A DNA stretch of 64,000 nt from Fimbriosthenelais zetlandica. Lineage: Eukaryota. The number at the start of each line of letters is the position of its first letter. The stretch's first letter is position 1. The notes under the pieces were generated by a model that saw only the letters and a program-made list of their open reading frames with translations, was not told the origin of the DNA and did not search any database. The stretch covers positions 30,690,001-30,754,000 of the forward strand of contig OZ365115.1 in the NCBI GenBank assembly GCA_977030845.1, read 5' to 3'. Below are positions 13,201-26,700 of the stretch, in pieces. The translations under genes and the position numbers were made by a program.

Positions 13201-16200
13201 GGGAACGCCAATAGAAACTGAAAATGTCCCAGATAAGTTTACTTAGAACATGTTTCAGCAGGATGGAAACAGGTAGACTGTTACAGAAAGGTAGACAAGA
13301 CACAATGGAAGATACGTTTTTCCTTAAATGTCAATGTATTGTCGCATGTCTGTTGAAGTTAGCTGCATGTAGAGGGGCACTATAAATGATGGATCTTATG
13401 TATTTTTCACTCAGTGTTATATATGGGCAACTCACGATAACCTGACAATGTCAAGGTGCATGCATGTCTGGCCCTGTTCTTAGGCAGACGCAGAGAGGGG
13501 TCAGATACTGTGAGAAAACATACGCTTTTCTCACGATACCATCATCACCCCACCTGAGCAAAACACTGCCGAGCCCTATCCATCTTAACCATGAAGAGAT
13601 GATATGATGCTATGTTACTTTTTGCATATAAAGTTCTGCAATGTGCTTAGTAGGCATATTAAAGAAATAATAAACCAGCGATCCCAGTGAACACTTCTGT
13701 TAAAGGATGGAAACATTAATTTCATGTAACAGGAAAAATATTTTTTTCCTGAATGGTACTTGCGATAGCCCAACCTTCTATTTTGTAGCAATGCTTTCCC
13801 TGCAGGAAAGCCGATAGGATGATACTTTGCATTCAGGCCTAAGGCCATGAAATAATTGCCTTAAGGATGTGTCACAATTCAGTCTATGCCCATAAAAGCT
13901 GTAGTCCACTATAAGAAGAAGAAAGAAATCTGCTTGAGCCTTAAGGAAGAAAGGAAGTACAGGCACTACAGACATAGAGCCTGGGGGCTAGTGACCCATC
14001 AATGCTAGGAGTCGTCCACCCGCTGAAAGTGCTACTCCACTTTAAGACTGCTTATCTTAAGTGAATTAAAAATACAATCGAATTCCTTAAACATCTCTCA
14101 AGAGGTTACTCAAAAAGATTAGACTCTGTTTGATGTCTGTTCAGCATATTATGTATAGCGTAGAGCGATATCTATCAGACTTTTAAATGGTATTTGCATA
14201 AATTTGAGTTCAGAAGATAGAACTCTTGTACTTAACAGGAGGCAGGAATTATTTCTAGAGTTAAAGTCGCTCGAAAATCAAAGGGGAATTAGTTCTAGTC
14301 TTTCTTTCCTTCTGCATCTCTCTCTTTCTCGTATTGAATAATCTTGGCAATATAACAAGTCAAATCACCTCTTAAGATTATCTTTGACTTCCTGTACCAC
14401 ATGAAAAGTAGCCAGGAGTATCCAAAGTGTGGCTTGTTTTACCACCTGACCTCGGGGAATTATCTACTACTTGCCAAAGGCATTTTCTGGTACTTTCAAA
14501 CAAAAAGCTCAGGTGTAAAAACAAGCAAGTAAACAAACCAGACTTTGGTTAACCAATAGTTTTTATGGTCACTTTGAGGTGGGAGATCAACAATTTTTAC
14601 TGTATTTTACCAGACGTAGATCTGTCAGGGAAAGTGAATTTACCATCCATATTTTTCTTATTAGTTCAATGTACATTCATCTGTCACCGAAATAGTTTGT
14701 ATATATAGGCCTATACAGAGCTCCAGGTGATAAAGCACCACTAAAAATCTAATATACTGTAGTCATACAATATATGACGCACATACACATGGTCATATCC
14801 AATATAATATCTTATTTTCTCCCAAAAGAAAAAAACGTATATATTATATTTTTGTTAGCCCGCCTCCGGAACAATATCTAATACATGTCCTAAAATACCA
14901 GTGTCATGAAATATACATGGAACTACCTGCGGTGATTTGAAATGCACATGGGAAAAACTTTGTGTAAGTTGGGCAGTAATTATCTTCAAAGGAATACATA
15001 TAACCTACTAATGAAGGAGCATAATGACACGGGTCAATGTTAATCATAATTATATAACTACCAACGGCCAAGAGCGTCACTTCTCTATCACACTGTTTGT
15101 GAAAATATTTTTAGGAAAAGTAAATCAGGCCACGAAATTTACATCCATTGTAATTTAAGTGTATATCTTTGGTGGTTCTCCCAAAATAAAACGGAAGTGA
15201 AAATAATTGAATAAGTTATTACATCCTGATGTAATATGTATTATTATATTGATATATAGACCATATCTCAACGATATTTGCCGCTCAACATTTTTGGATT
15301 ATATTCTTCCATTGAATATATCAAATTCGTGCATCACTAAGTAATTGATTTCTCATTGATTTTGGTTTTAGTTGATTTAAATGGATTTGTGTCGCTTTTG
15401 CTCTGACAGCAGAGCATCCTACGTGTGTACAACCTCAGCTGCGCAAAAGCTTTTCTATTACAGAAGTGAAGGATTTATAATCCTTGTGAGGCGGCAATAT
15501 CAATGCTTAATCTTAATGCAAATCCTAATCCACAACTAGCAGTACTGGCAGCTATAAATAATGCTAAATCCAATTGCTAAAGGTGAACATGTAACGGACC
15601 ACTGTAAGGCTTATGAGATGATTGGCTGAATGTTTCCTTCGGCATATTATCTACTTGAGAATGTGGGATTTGTAGTGCATTTCAAAGGGGATTAACAGAG
15701 GTTAAAGTGGAAATTAAAGGTGGAATCAGGTGAGGTATTAAACCCTTGGGTAAAGGATGTAGAATAGCGGTATATTTATTTTATGTGCCCCCCGTGGCTT
15801 TGCTTTGGTGAAGTTTGAAACATGTAATGGGCATTAGAATTTGTCATGGGAGGTGGAGGAATATAATTTAGTGTAATAAATGATTTCTGGGGACAACCAA
15901 GCATGTTGACAATGCTCGGATGGATGGGCAATTACAATACATGAATGTACTTTCAAACTGAAAGCTCGGGGGGATATTTAAATCAAATCATATCCCTCGG
16001 TTTGCAAATTATAGTTTTTTTTGTGTGTATTATTAAACCACATAACCTAATTGCATGTTGTTAACAGAAAATTATCTCATAATTAATATAGGAAAAACTG
16101 TCATTTAATATTTTATGATGGAAATATCCCGCAGTGGCAAAACACCTAGTTCCAAGGCCTGTGGTGGTGACATTATTTCAGATCTATCTACTCACGTGGC

Positions 16201-17605
16201 TGGATCGAGATTATAGGTATTTTCCCGGCCACAGAGCCAGGACATGGCCCACTTCAACATCTCGCAACTGGACGTCATTCCTCCCTGTAATACCTCTAAT
16301 CTTCCTACATCAACACCCTCAATATTGTCCTCCTCTCCCACCTTCATATATCACAAAAACTGTGACCCCACACAGTGAGTCTTGTCTCTTGCTCCTCCTA
16401 GTTTATCCCACCTGTCCACCTGAGATCACTTTCTTCCAGGTAACCAATTCTCAGTTAGGCACAAGACACATCGGTATCGGGAAGTGAATTTCCAGGTATC
16501 CAATCTTTTACTTTTGTCAGACTATATAAAGCTGGGAGGTATGTTTTCCGAGTATCCAGTGTATAAGAGTACATATGTATTTGTGTGGCTGCATTGAAGG
16601 GTAAGGTGGATCCTGAGATTGAGCGGGAGATATATGTATCTTGAACTCTCCCCTCTCCTGCACCCTCACCGCTCGTAAACATGAAATGGGGAGGGGTGAG
16701 AGGGTAACTGTAGCTTCTTCACCCCAGACAGTCGTTATAGGCGCTTTGTGGTATATATAATCAGCCAGCAGCCCGCTCTGTACTTAAACAAAACGCTTTT
16801 TTCACCTTAATCCCTGCAACATATATAAACTACGCTGTCAGGTATGAACTGGTGCATGAATAAATGATACAGGCCCGACACTCAGGTATATATGAAGATG
16901 CACTTTTTTCCACAGGTAAATAGTTACTTTCCAATCACGATCACCATCACGATCCTTAATACCTGATATGATGACGCATCACTTTCACCATGTCCTATAA
17001 GGTAATCCTTATGATTAACTTTAAGCTCCACAAGCTATCCCTGACAGTATATTAAATTATGCCGGCTTTTTGGATATCAATAACCAAAACAGGTGCATAT
17101 ATTGGTAGATTATTGACCTTTTGGTATCACTAAGCAAGCACTGCAAGCCTGAAAGCCCAGACGTACAGAACTGCAATCCATTAAGGCAATTGATTAAGGG
17201 AGTTGTTCTCCATGGTAGTCCCTTGTACCTGTAGTAAAGGCACCGCTACTACTGGTCCCACTCTGCAAGCTCCTACTCCAGGGCATGCCTAGGAGGCAAA
17301 CTAAAACTGCTGGGTGTATAGGTGTGCTTTTGTAAATCCTGCAGGGGGAACCTCCCAATGAGTACTGGCGCTAGGCGGGATAGGTGTAGAGCGTCTGCTT
17401 AACTCTTGGGTATTAAACTCTGTAGCCACAGACCCATGCAGAGCAATGCTCTCAAGCGTGTCGGCTCTGTGTGCATGTGTGTGACTATGTGTGAATTTTA
17501 GTCTGTTGGTTGGCATATACAGAGGCAGTGAGTGTGACCAATGATAGGAGAGAGGGAAAAGAGAGTCCCGTGGAACCTTTAAGCCTTAACCCATTCCACC
17601 ACTAC

Positions 17606-17664
17606 AGAGTCTGGGAGAGTAGAAGTGCACACCTTCACAGCAGTAGATGTGTTCGATTCCCATC
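17606..17664 (+). mobile_element. Degenerate tRNA-like SINE head
   Basis: B-box GTTCGATTCCC inside a T-arm-like stem gatg...catc. A-box poorly conserved. Confidence 0.3.
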
Positions 17665-19782
17665 GATTTCTAGAGATTATCATTTAGCAGAATAAACAAT
17701 GGGAGGACACTGGAGGTACATGCAAATATAATCACGGTCAGTGAGCTCCCAACAAGTCCACCTTTGCAGGAGGGATCGATGTCCGCTCCCTAGCAACATT
17801 TGTGTGTTTCTTGGGTGAGAAAATACATCGATATATCGATAAGAATAAGATATGAATCCATCTTTAGCTATGCATGTCCCAAAATCAATATAGCTTGACC
17901 CCATGTACTCCCATAGACCCCCATCTGTTCATATACAATGTTAAATGAACACATATCATAGACATCAAATGTTTTACAGGACATAATGCAACTTGAGTGC
18001 AACTAGAGTTCACACATAGTAAGCTTGCCAAAGTTTTTTGAAGATGTCATAAAAACATGAAGCTAAGTTAAAGGAAGTAACAGAGCAAGTTTAAACACAT
18101 AAAATCATTAGATCAGAACATTTCCATCCAAAAGGCATTTAATACAACATCCCAGAGCCTTGGCAGAAAAAACTAAAACCTTTAAATATTCAACCATGTC
18201 CTCCAGCTATATCCATTGTTACAGGCTTAAAATTGCATAAGAGCATCTGGCATCTCTCTTTTGGTTCCCAAGGAGATTTGCGAACAACACCGTGAATCTG
18301 GCCATGTACCTGTAGGCCGACATCTTTTACTATGGTAGGACTAATACCTGCCTCACCAAGCTGGGTCCAGAAGGGTCACTGTTCTAGGCTAATCACGAAG
18401 TGCCCAGATGAGGGAAGAGGCAAAGGTAAAGTCCTTCAGAGCCCGAGGGCAGTGATTACAAAAGGGCACACGTGGGGGCGCCTTGACAACGGCTAGAGGC
18501 CAAGGTGAATTTTATATCAGTTTATCTCAAGTGTCATTTGACAACAATAAAAGTGTTCCGGGTAAACGAATACTGCCTGGGAGGGGAAACGAAGTGGACC
18601 TCGGAGGAGAGGTGAAGGAATTTGTGAAAGGTTGTTCTTGGCTTTTACAAAGGTTGGGTGTAAGATGATTGGGGTTAGGTAATTTTATCCTCCGCTGATA
18701 GGGGACAAGTGTGATCGATTTCACACGCATCCTATCCACTCTCATAATTCCGATATGTCAGTATAAATATGATACACTTGAAAATTTGAAATGGAATAGA
18801 GAAATTATAATTATTTTCTTTTACAGACTGGTATGTGAGACCCTGCCATAGGAGGGCCTATAAATTTCAAAGATCAAAGTGGTGAGTCAAGAGCTGTAAC
18901 TGCTGACCTCTGGTCAGTTTGTGGTCACTGTGGTCAGTTAAAGCTGTCAGTGAGATCAGCTCTATTACAGGTATTTAATCTAGTGTGGGTTAAGTAAGGT
19001 GGGGGGTCAACCCCTACCTTTATAATGCGTCATCTCTATTATTCCACCCCTTCCACCTACTCACACCTCCAAGTCCCTCAGCCCCTTCTCAATCCCCAGT
19101 ATCAAAATGTTAAACGACCAAAGGACGATATTTAGCATATCATATTGGGCTATCCGAAAACATTGCTATCTTTAATTTCATTTCCAACCGGATCTGTGAT
19201 GATCGGTTTTGATGGCAATACAATAATTTTATATGTCACCAGTCACGAGTCAAGTAATCTGAGAGAATTGGTAATCAACAACAAAGGAAACAATATGAAT
19301 ATTGTTGGATTGAGGGTTTGTCTTAAGGGCTGGCATAATGTTCATGTGTAGGGGAGGAGAGTGGGAGGACAGATAGCAGGTATACCCCTGAACCCACACG
19401 TGTGGTATTAATGACTTCCAACACACCCTATGGGGTGGCGAGGACCACCCATCGTCCAGCTCACCCTTACCTGGTTACGGCAATCTGGGATCAATCATTC
19501 AACCGTAGACACCCACACTAAAAGGTTTAAATTAATACCTGCATGTAATTAGGCAAATACACAAGCGGCTGCTTCATATTGAGTGCAATGACACCGAATA
19601 TATTGGATAGAAAATCGAAAGCATCATGATGATTTTCATTTCATCCTGAAGGTCAAACTGTAAAATTTGAAATTCAAAATTATATCTAAAGGTCATCACT
19701 ATTCACTTTGAGAGACTTGATTGATTGTTGGAGCATTGGTTCTGGGAATAACTGGTTTTCAAGGTAATGGGTTGATAATGAC

Positions 19783-19801
19783 GGGGTGGGTAGGGAGAGG
19801 G
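19783..19801 (+). other. Canonical G-quadruplex motif
   Basis: GGGG-T-GGG-TA-GGG-AGA-GGG. Confidence 0.5.
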
Positions 19802-22479
19802 ATGAGTCAGGGGAGTCAGGGGGAAGAAAGGTGGGTGGTCAGTGAGGTATTGTAGACAGGTAGGGGTGGGGTCTGTTACGGTCAGTGATACAAAGATACA
19901 GGGTGGCTCATAAATGAAAAACAAACGGATAGATATTGCCTAAGTATAATTAATCCTTTCCTTTACAAGGTTTAAGTGAGAGGCTGGCCCTAAGTCAGGC
20001 CTGAGATCAGTTCCTTTTATGTGTGAATAAATTTCTTGCAGCATTTGCATATATGAATATTAATGGCTGCATCATTGCCTCAAAACAAACAGGTCAAGCT
20101 AGTTGAGAACGTTCAGGGGCAAAAATGTTTCACCTGTCTGATGCATGGCATATGATAAAGCCCCTATAATTCCCACGTGCATGGGAAGGGAACAATAATT
20201 ATTCCCTTATATACCCATAGGGTAAAGCTAATTACCCGTGGGAGAATAGAATTACAGGTGTTCTTCCATGGACCAGTACCCACGTTCATACATACTTTTC
20301 CCTCGATGACCCAGAGGTCAGGGCTTTAAGACTCATATGTACATATTGATTGCATAGTTTGGGTTTAGGTTTGCCCATGGGTTGATTAGGGTCACTAGAG
20401 TTTGAATGGGTTTCGATTAAGCGATCGATATTACAGGTATAGACCAATACCCTATAGTCTTCTTTCATTTCGTTGCCCTCTCTGGTTCTATTCATCATCC
20501 CATTTTTCCAATTGACAAGCACGACACAATAGATGCAAAAGATGAGTAAAATACTTGATGATCCAGTCACCCCTGTTTCCTGCCTTCACTGTAACCAGAT
20601 CCTTTAGTAAAGGACACAATCAAATCACCAAGATCGTCCGTCACAATGGACGTTGGTCAACAAGACTACGCCCACCTGTCAATCAAAGGGAAGCAACTTT
20701 TGTGATCGTTGTCAGGGTTATATCCCTAGGGTCCTTCCCTAAGGAGAACATTGGGGTGAAGGGGGTATTTTGTATGGGGAAAGGAACAATAGGGCGAAAG
20801 CATTAGGTTTCTTGTCATCTATATGTCATCCAGTGCTGCTTTAAGTCTGGTCCATTGTTAGGAACCTTTCAAAACATTTTGTGACAAAATATGTTGAGGA
20901 TATGAACAGTCCATTGGATGTGTTGATAGTGCAATAAAATCCAATAAGGAAAATGAAAGAAGGAATAATACTTCAATAAAGGTACATATAGCTTGAAGAT
21001 CCGAACAAAAAAAATCCAATATGGGGCCTTATATAATTTAGAGAGCACCCGCATACAAACACCTTTTATATATCTGAGGTGGGTATAATCAACAATAGAA
21101 TATATCATATGTCCCTCAATGATTGAATGTCGTCCAGCTACGACTAATCAAACAATGATCAGGGACGATAACAGTATTGAATACCTGCCTCTTCTCACCT
21201 GTGGCTACCTGTCGGTTTTTAGACGATTCATGGGCATACAATACAGGTGCTTGGGTACAGGTGGGTCTTATTCAGTCTATTTGAGGAGGAAAATTGTCAA
21301 ATGAATTAAACGCTCACCATTGTCATCGATGTATCTTTTTACCTGCCTCGAATATTCTAAAATCATTGTAAATTCCAACATAAATTTATTTAGGTCTAAA
21401 GATTAAATTTAGGACAGTAAATCTGGGACAATTTGGTACCGGGTGCTTCAAAGGAAATCATAAAATAAAAATACAGGCCAGACAATTCGTTTGCTACTAG
21501 TTTCCTAAAATAGCATATGGCTGTTTACATATACTGATATAGACATTATTTTTCCTATGAATATTCAAGGCTAATATTTATATAAATACATACATGTACA
21601 TTTGTAGGCAGTCCAAATGATACCACCAAAAATAATGGAACTCGTGGAAGAATCAGTAATAGAAATGACACGACTTGTCACCAACATTTGGCAGCCTTCT
21701 GTACTTTACACACCCGTATACATGTATACATATACAGGGATGATTTAGACTAGGACTTATGGCCGGGGTAGGTACACACATTTCTACTGTTATATCGTGA
21801 CACTTTATGTACCACTGGATGGTGGACAAGCAGAGTTAATGGCAGGGTAGATATGACCTCCGAGGGTGGACAAATATGTGGTATATGGTTCATATGAGTA
21901 TCAGAACCCCTTAACAAGAGCCAAGTCTGAGTAGGATAATGTATTATTATCATTGCCATATAGCCCTGTATAGGCAATATAGGCATTATATATACTGAAT
22001 AAAAGGTATGTTTATGATTCATGCAATAGATAAAGGTATTACAGGTATTTAAACATGAAAGCTTTCAGAAAATAGGGTCTAAAGGGACATTAAAGGGGGC
22101 GGGGAGAGTGCATGAAAGACATAACATGAGACCTATGTCTTGTATAGGCCTAATAGGAGGAAAGAAGACAAAAATATCAAAGCAGGATATTTGATTTTAA
22201 AGCCCCTTACGAAGGTCAGTCTTAATGAAATTCACTGAAGGCAATTGACTACTGAATTTGCTGAGCCAACAAGGTAGGCCGACTTTGTGCTCAAAGCCAC
22301 AGGAAGGCAAACCTTGCAGAGTAAGAGCTACAGTGGAGAACTCTGGTGGATCTTGATGGAACTAACACACTATCTGTAATGCACCAGAGACCCTATAACA
22401 TAAGGTCTCTGAATGCACACATTGATGGGATGGATGAAGTGTGGCGGCTTTCAATACCAGCTTTGAAAGATAGACTTTA

Positions 22480-22816
22480 CTAGACTTCCAAATTCATTTT
22501 TAACTGTTTCTTATTCAAAGTATATGTATGATTTATCATACGTAAATGCATGATCTGGTTATTAGACAAATTGCTATTTATTCGAGAATTATAGGGATAC
22601 AATTCATACAAAGGATTATCCCAAATCAATGTACCATTTCTCTCCCCCTCTAATCTTCCTTCACCCATCCCTCCTCTCAGTATTCCCAGGTTTTCTGGGA
22701 GCGGGATGGATGTCCTGCTATATAGATTATTATTATTGTGCACATCGGAAACATGCGAGATACAGGGACCTGGTACTGACGGATATGACGGAAGTCGATC
22801 GTTGGTGGGTTCTGCA
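22480..22816 (-). CDS. Candidate (possibly terminal) coding exon
   Basis: Long polypyrimidine tract and acceptor (catttacattttgttttttacgacatctcaccag). Open frame AEPTNDRLPSYPSVPGPCISHVSDVHNNNNLYSRTSIPLPENLG...WDNPLYELY...NLEV*. CpG-rich 5' half. Possible internal donor G|gtgaag near 22665. Confidence 0.35.
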
Positions 22817-24429
22817 CTGGTGAGATGTCGTAAAAAACAAAATGTAAATGAAGATGACAAACTCGTCAACTGATTGAGCAGTTTTAAGGACGTGGATTTT
22901 ACTTATAGGGACTTTTCATTTCATTTCGCATCATGGCCTTCTTGATTTATAATAAAGGCTTGAAATAAATAATAAAGCTTTGAAAACCGATAGCCTATCA
23001 AAAGGACTCTCGTTTTCATTTTGTTTTTCCTTCGGACTATTTCTCCTCCCTCCCCTGTTCAACCACTGAGTCAGAGATCTATATAGATCCGCTCCTAGAG
23101 GCTGAAACTGATATATACACAATAATGGTAACAGGGGTTGTAGGCGGGTAAAATACACACTATTATAGCCAGTATTTACATAGTACTGCTATATTTATCT
23201 TTCTTTTTTATGGTAAATGTTAATTTTATAGGCTGACCAACATACAGGCAGAATCAGTTTTATAGTCATACATATCATATGCCCTATAAATAACTTTTTA
23301 ATTAGCTCCACAAATGAGATGCAGCATATTAATAACATTAAGTGATATACGATGCTTTCAATGATATTATCTCTAAGATTACGCAACCCACTCAAAGAGA
23401 GATTGGCATATCGAAAGAGGATCCACACATTCTATCTTCTATCAAATTGGTATGTGATGGGTACTCTACCCACATCTTTCATGCAAGTCATACTACAAGT
23501 TAGTAGAAATGAGTAGCTCAAGGCACCCATCTATGTACATTTGTCTCTTAGAAAGCCCTTTTGGTCTTTCTTCTGTACATCTGAATATGTCTGAAGTAGA
23601 CAGTGTCCAGAGAACACATTTAACTCATCAATCAAATGAGGTGACGTCTAGGGCCTAGAGGTGTGAAGCTCGTCATAATCACTTAATAGTTGGTGTATGA
23701 AGGATCATTAGATCATATTCAATCCATTACATCACATCTAAATCCATTCATTATAAGTCAAATTATCCAGGCCTGTCTCTCACTAAACCACGGTCATATA
23801 CATACACCCATGGGACCCTGGGACGTAAAATACCTTCGGAAAGTCACGAAATGGAGGACAGGGACCTGTAACTGCACGTGTTCACGCATGGCACAATGGA
23901 AAGTAAAACAAATATTACAAGTGATGGCCAACCTATATATTTAATCATGATTGTTTCCAGGACATTTGGTCACGACATCTATGATTTGGCATGACTCATA
24001 AATAGATTTATGTTAACCAATTCAATTCATTCGATCTAGATTATTTGGTTAATATTTAAATTCATATTTTCAGAGATTCAAGATCGTTAGGTGAATTGTG
24101 TAAATGGAAGAATATGGGCATGGAAGAGTGACATTATGTTGGCAAAAGAATCATGTAGTTTGTATTGGGAGAGTACATATTGTAGGCCTACCCATATCAC
24201 TCTCCCAATTAGGAAAACGTCAATGTCAACCTGTCAAAAATGGCGATGCAAGTGTGGCTTGAATGAGATCCTTTCACAAGGATAACAATGTATAACAAAG
24301 TTACAACATGTAGCGTTTTACATACCTCTCCTGCCCTGTCACTGACAGGTTCCACGATCTTCTTCCCCTCAGGGAATTACCTGGTAAGTCCTCCATGCCG
24401 TCTATAGCTCTATAGCTCTGTCCACAATG

Positions 24430-24730
24430 ACACCCAACAACAGAACCCCAGCAAATATCGTACAAGAAAATATTGAACTTGTTAAGTACTCCCAATGCAA
24501 AATTCTCCAGACTGATGAATTATACAGTAAGCAGGATAAAGATATATGTGTATTCCGCTATTGTCCTATCTGCCAATTCCTCCAGCTAGAAACACATGAT
24601 CCACCAGAATGGCCACGGTCCAAAAGCACGCTGACTGATGGCATCCGAACTTCGCTCGGTTTATTATTGTTCTTACCATTCTTGGCTGCTGCATCTAAGC
24701 TGATCAAATCTTCATCGTTTCACAGCTTAA
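24430..24730 (+). mobile_element. Decayed Gypsy integrase fragment (zinc finger to start of rve core)
   Basis: Track ORF 24427..24792 contains CKILQTDELYSKQDKDICVFRYCPICQFLQLETHDPPEWPRSKSTLTD. This matches CKxxARxSLYWPGMDKDI..CPICQ..LxxHxxPxxPWxKVxxD by eye. Confidence 0.5.
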
Positions 24731-25339
24731 TGATGCATGATCAGATTAACGTAAATCCACAAGTTTTTCTCCTGGCCATAAAACACGTGTAAAACATTAA
24801 AAAAAAGTTCAGTCCTAATGGATAACGGTAGGGATGAATGGTTAACTCCTGGTCGTGAAGAGGTATGTCATTTCTCTATGATTTGTCTTCTACTATACCT
24901 ACTATAATTCCTCCTCCAGTGTATTGGTATCTGACTGGATGTTAATGGGCTGATACCAGGAGACACCACACGGGAGTAATGTCCTACTAGAGACCATCCT
25001 CACCCCCAGGCTGCAGTGGTGCTCAGATGACAGTGCACATCCCTTCACTGTAAAATTGTCACCACCACTTCTATCTACTTTCCCTACCTCCTATTTCAAC
25101 AACTGGATATCAGTTACATATCCTTATACAGGCAACGTTTCCAATAGAAATGTTACATAATTTTCTGGAAAAGGAGCAGGGATCTATGTTCTGACAATAC
25201 TTTCAAATTTTGGGAGACCTTTTTGCACAGATAATGTTCTGGAGGATGCTCCACAGTATAATATTATGGTCATACACTATTTCTACTGGTGGATGGAGTC
25301 ATTAATTCTAACAGTGTCTATATTATAAGGTAGGGTCAT

Positions 25340-26700
25340 TAGCATGACAGATTATTCCCTGCCCTACTCGGGCCATATTGACATTGATCAGTGTGGAATG
25401 TACGGTCGTTCATCCTCATCACATCATATCATCATGATAATAACACGAGTTGTATTCATCACTCTGCCTTCATTTACATCTTTAATGTCCCACACTTCTT
25501 ATAGCCTCTTCAGTATTCACAATAATCAACCAATATCATCCTGGGGGTTTCAGTACTTTCATTGAAAATCCTCAGAGCTGCTCATGGCTATATCGAAACA
25601 TATTATAACCCAAAGTGGAATACTTTATGGTAAAGATCTGTAGAGGTTTTTCTATGGGGGGAGGTCCAGGATTTCCTATTTTTCTCCTAGTTTTTCTTCA
25701 TTGTCTGGCAGTCATCACAATAACAACTCGATCCCTGCCTCCCACGCGCCTCCTGGTGCTGGGTCGGCCAGATCCAAGACTCTCTTATCTTGTTTAGACC
25801 CAGTGCCGAGTCACTCTGCCACCATTTTCTTTCTGAGATATGAAGGAGGTCTTTTTCTTCTCTAAAATTAAGGTCTTGTTTTCACTCGGTTAGCAGCCTC
25901 TTGTCATCGAGGTGTATTTTTAGAATATGGCGTTGAAAGAGAAAGTGAGAACAGGAAAAGCGATCTGTTAAAGTAATGCCCAGTATAAGGTTCAGTATAA
26001 GTTTTCTATTGCTCAATCTTCTAAGGTTTGGGAGTATTGAACCAAACTCCAAATGCATGGTTCATTCTCTTTATTACAAGGCAACAATCTATGGATGCCC
26101 AACGAAATTGAGAGTCAAGTGAGGAAAGGAGAGGACTCTCAAGGGGCAGAATAGGGGTGGGTCTCAGACTGAGCGATAAAGGGGGTAATCTCCCCATCAA
26201 ACGCAATACATAAATGATGAGTCAATCCAAGGGCTATAACATGTGTTAATAGGCGATAAACTATGAATAATTAATGTTGTGGATGTAATCTCATCTGTGT
26301 ACTAACTACAAGGACGAAGATTCTGGTTCGTGTATAGAATGAAAGGCCTTCAGATTTGTTTGGTGTAGGCCGGATAGCCTATGGCCTGCAGTTTCCTTTT
26401 CCAAGTCCCACAAATGGTATTCTGAATCTGCCTGAATCTGCCCACAGTACACAAAAGTGGAAGCAATTTCACGTTCCAACCAGGAATTTACTTTCTTTTC
26501 AGGAAAAAGTTGATTGCGCTTGGTTGGAATTTTTCCAATCGGACCGGAGCAAGACAGCAACTTCTTTTAATACCTCTATTTTGGACAATGGATGTGGATG
26601 ATCCTATCTGGATCAAGTCAGTAGACTATCCGTGTATCATCCCTGGGATAATCCCTACTAGATCACGGGCTATAGGACGTATGACTAGGTATAAATCAAG
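25340..26700 (-). mobile_element. Decayed Gypsy pol: RNase H followed by integrase
   Basis: Minus-strand motifs occur in the correct Gypsy order: YPRDD (~26640), EREIASTFVY..EYHLWD..HRLS..SIHEPES (26306-26560; cf. ERELLAVVY..HYLWG..TDH..FKEPEG), LNKIRESWIWP..CDDCQTMKK (~25720-25800; integrase zinc finger), then FDIAM and TVHS remnants. Many stops and frameshifts. Confidence 0.6.

Noticed and set aside
20675-20730. GYNPDNDHKSC, resembling an EGF-domain end
   Set aside because: Only a fragment, with stops upstream in frame and a poor acceptor.
22735-22816. Alternative frame reading SVSTRSLYLACFRCAQ, superficially LIM-like
   Set aside because: It lacks the His ligand and the N-terminal CxxC, and runs into stop codons without a donor.
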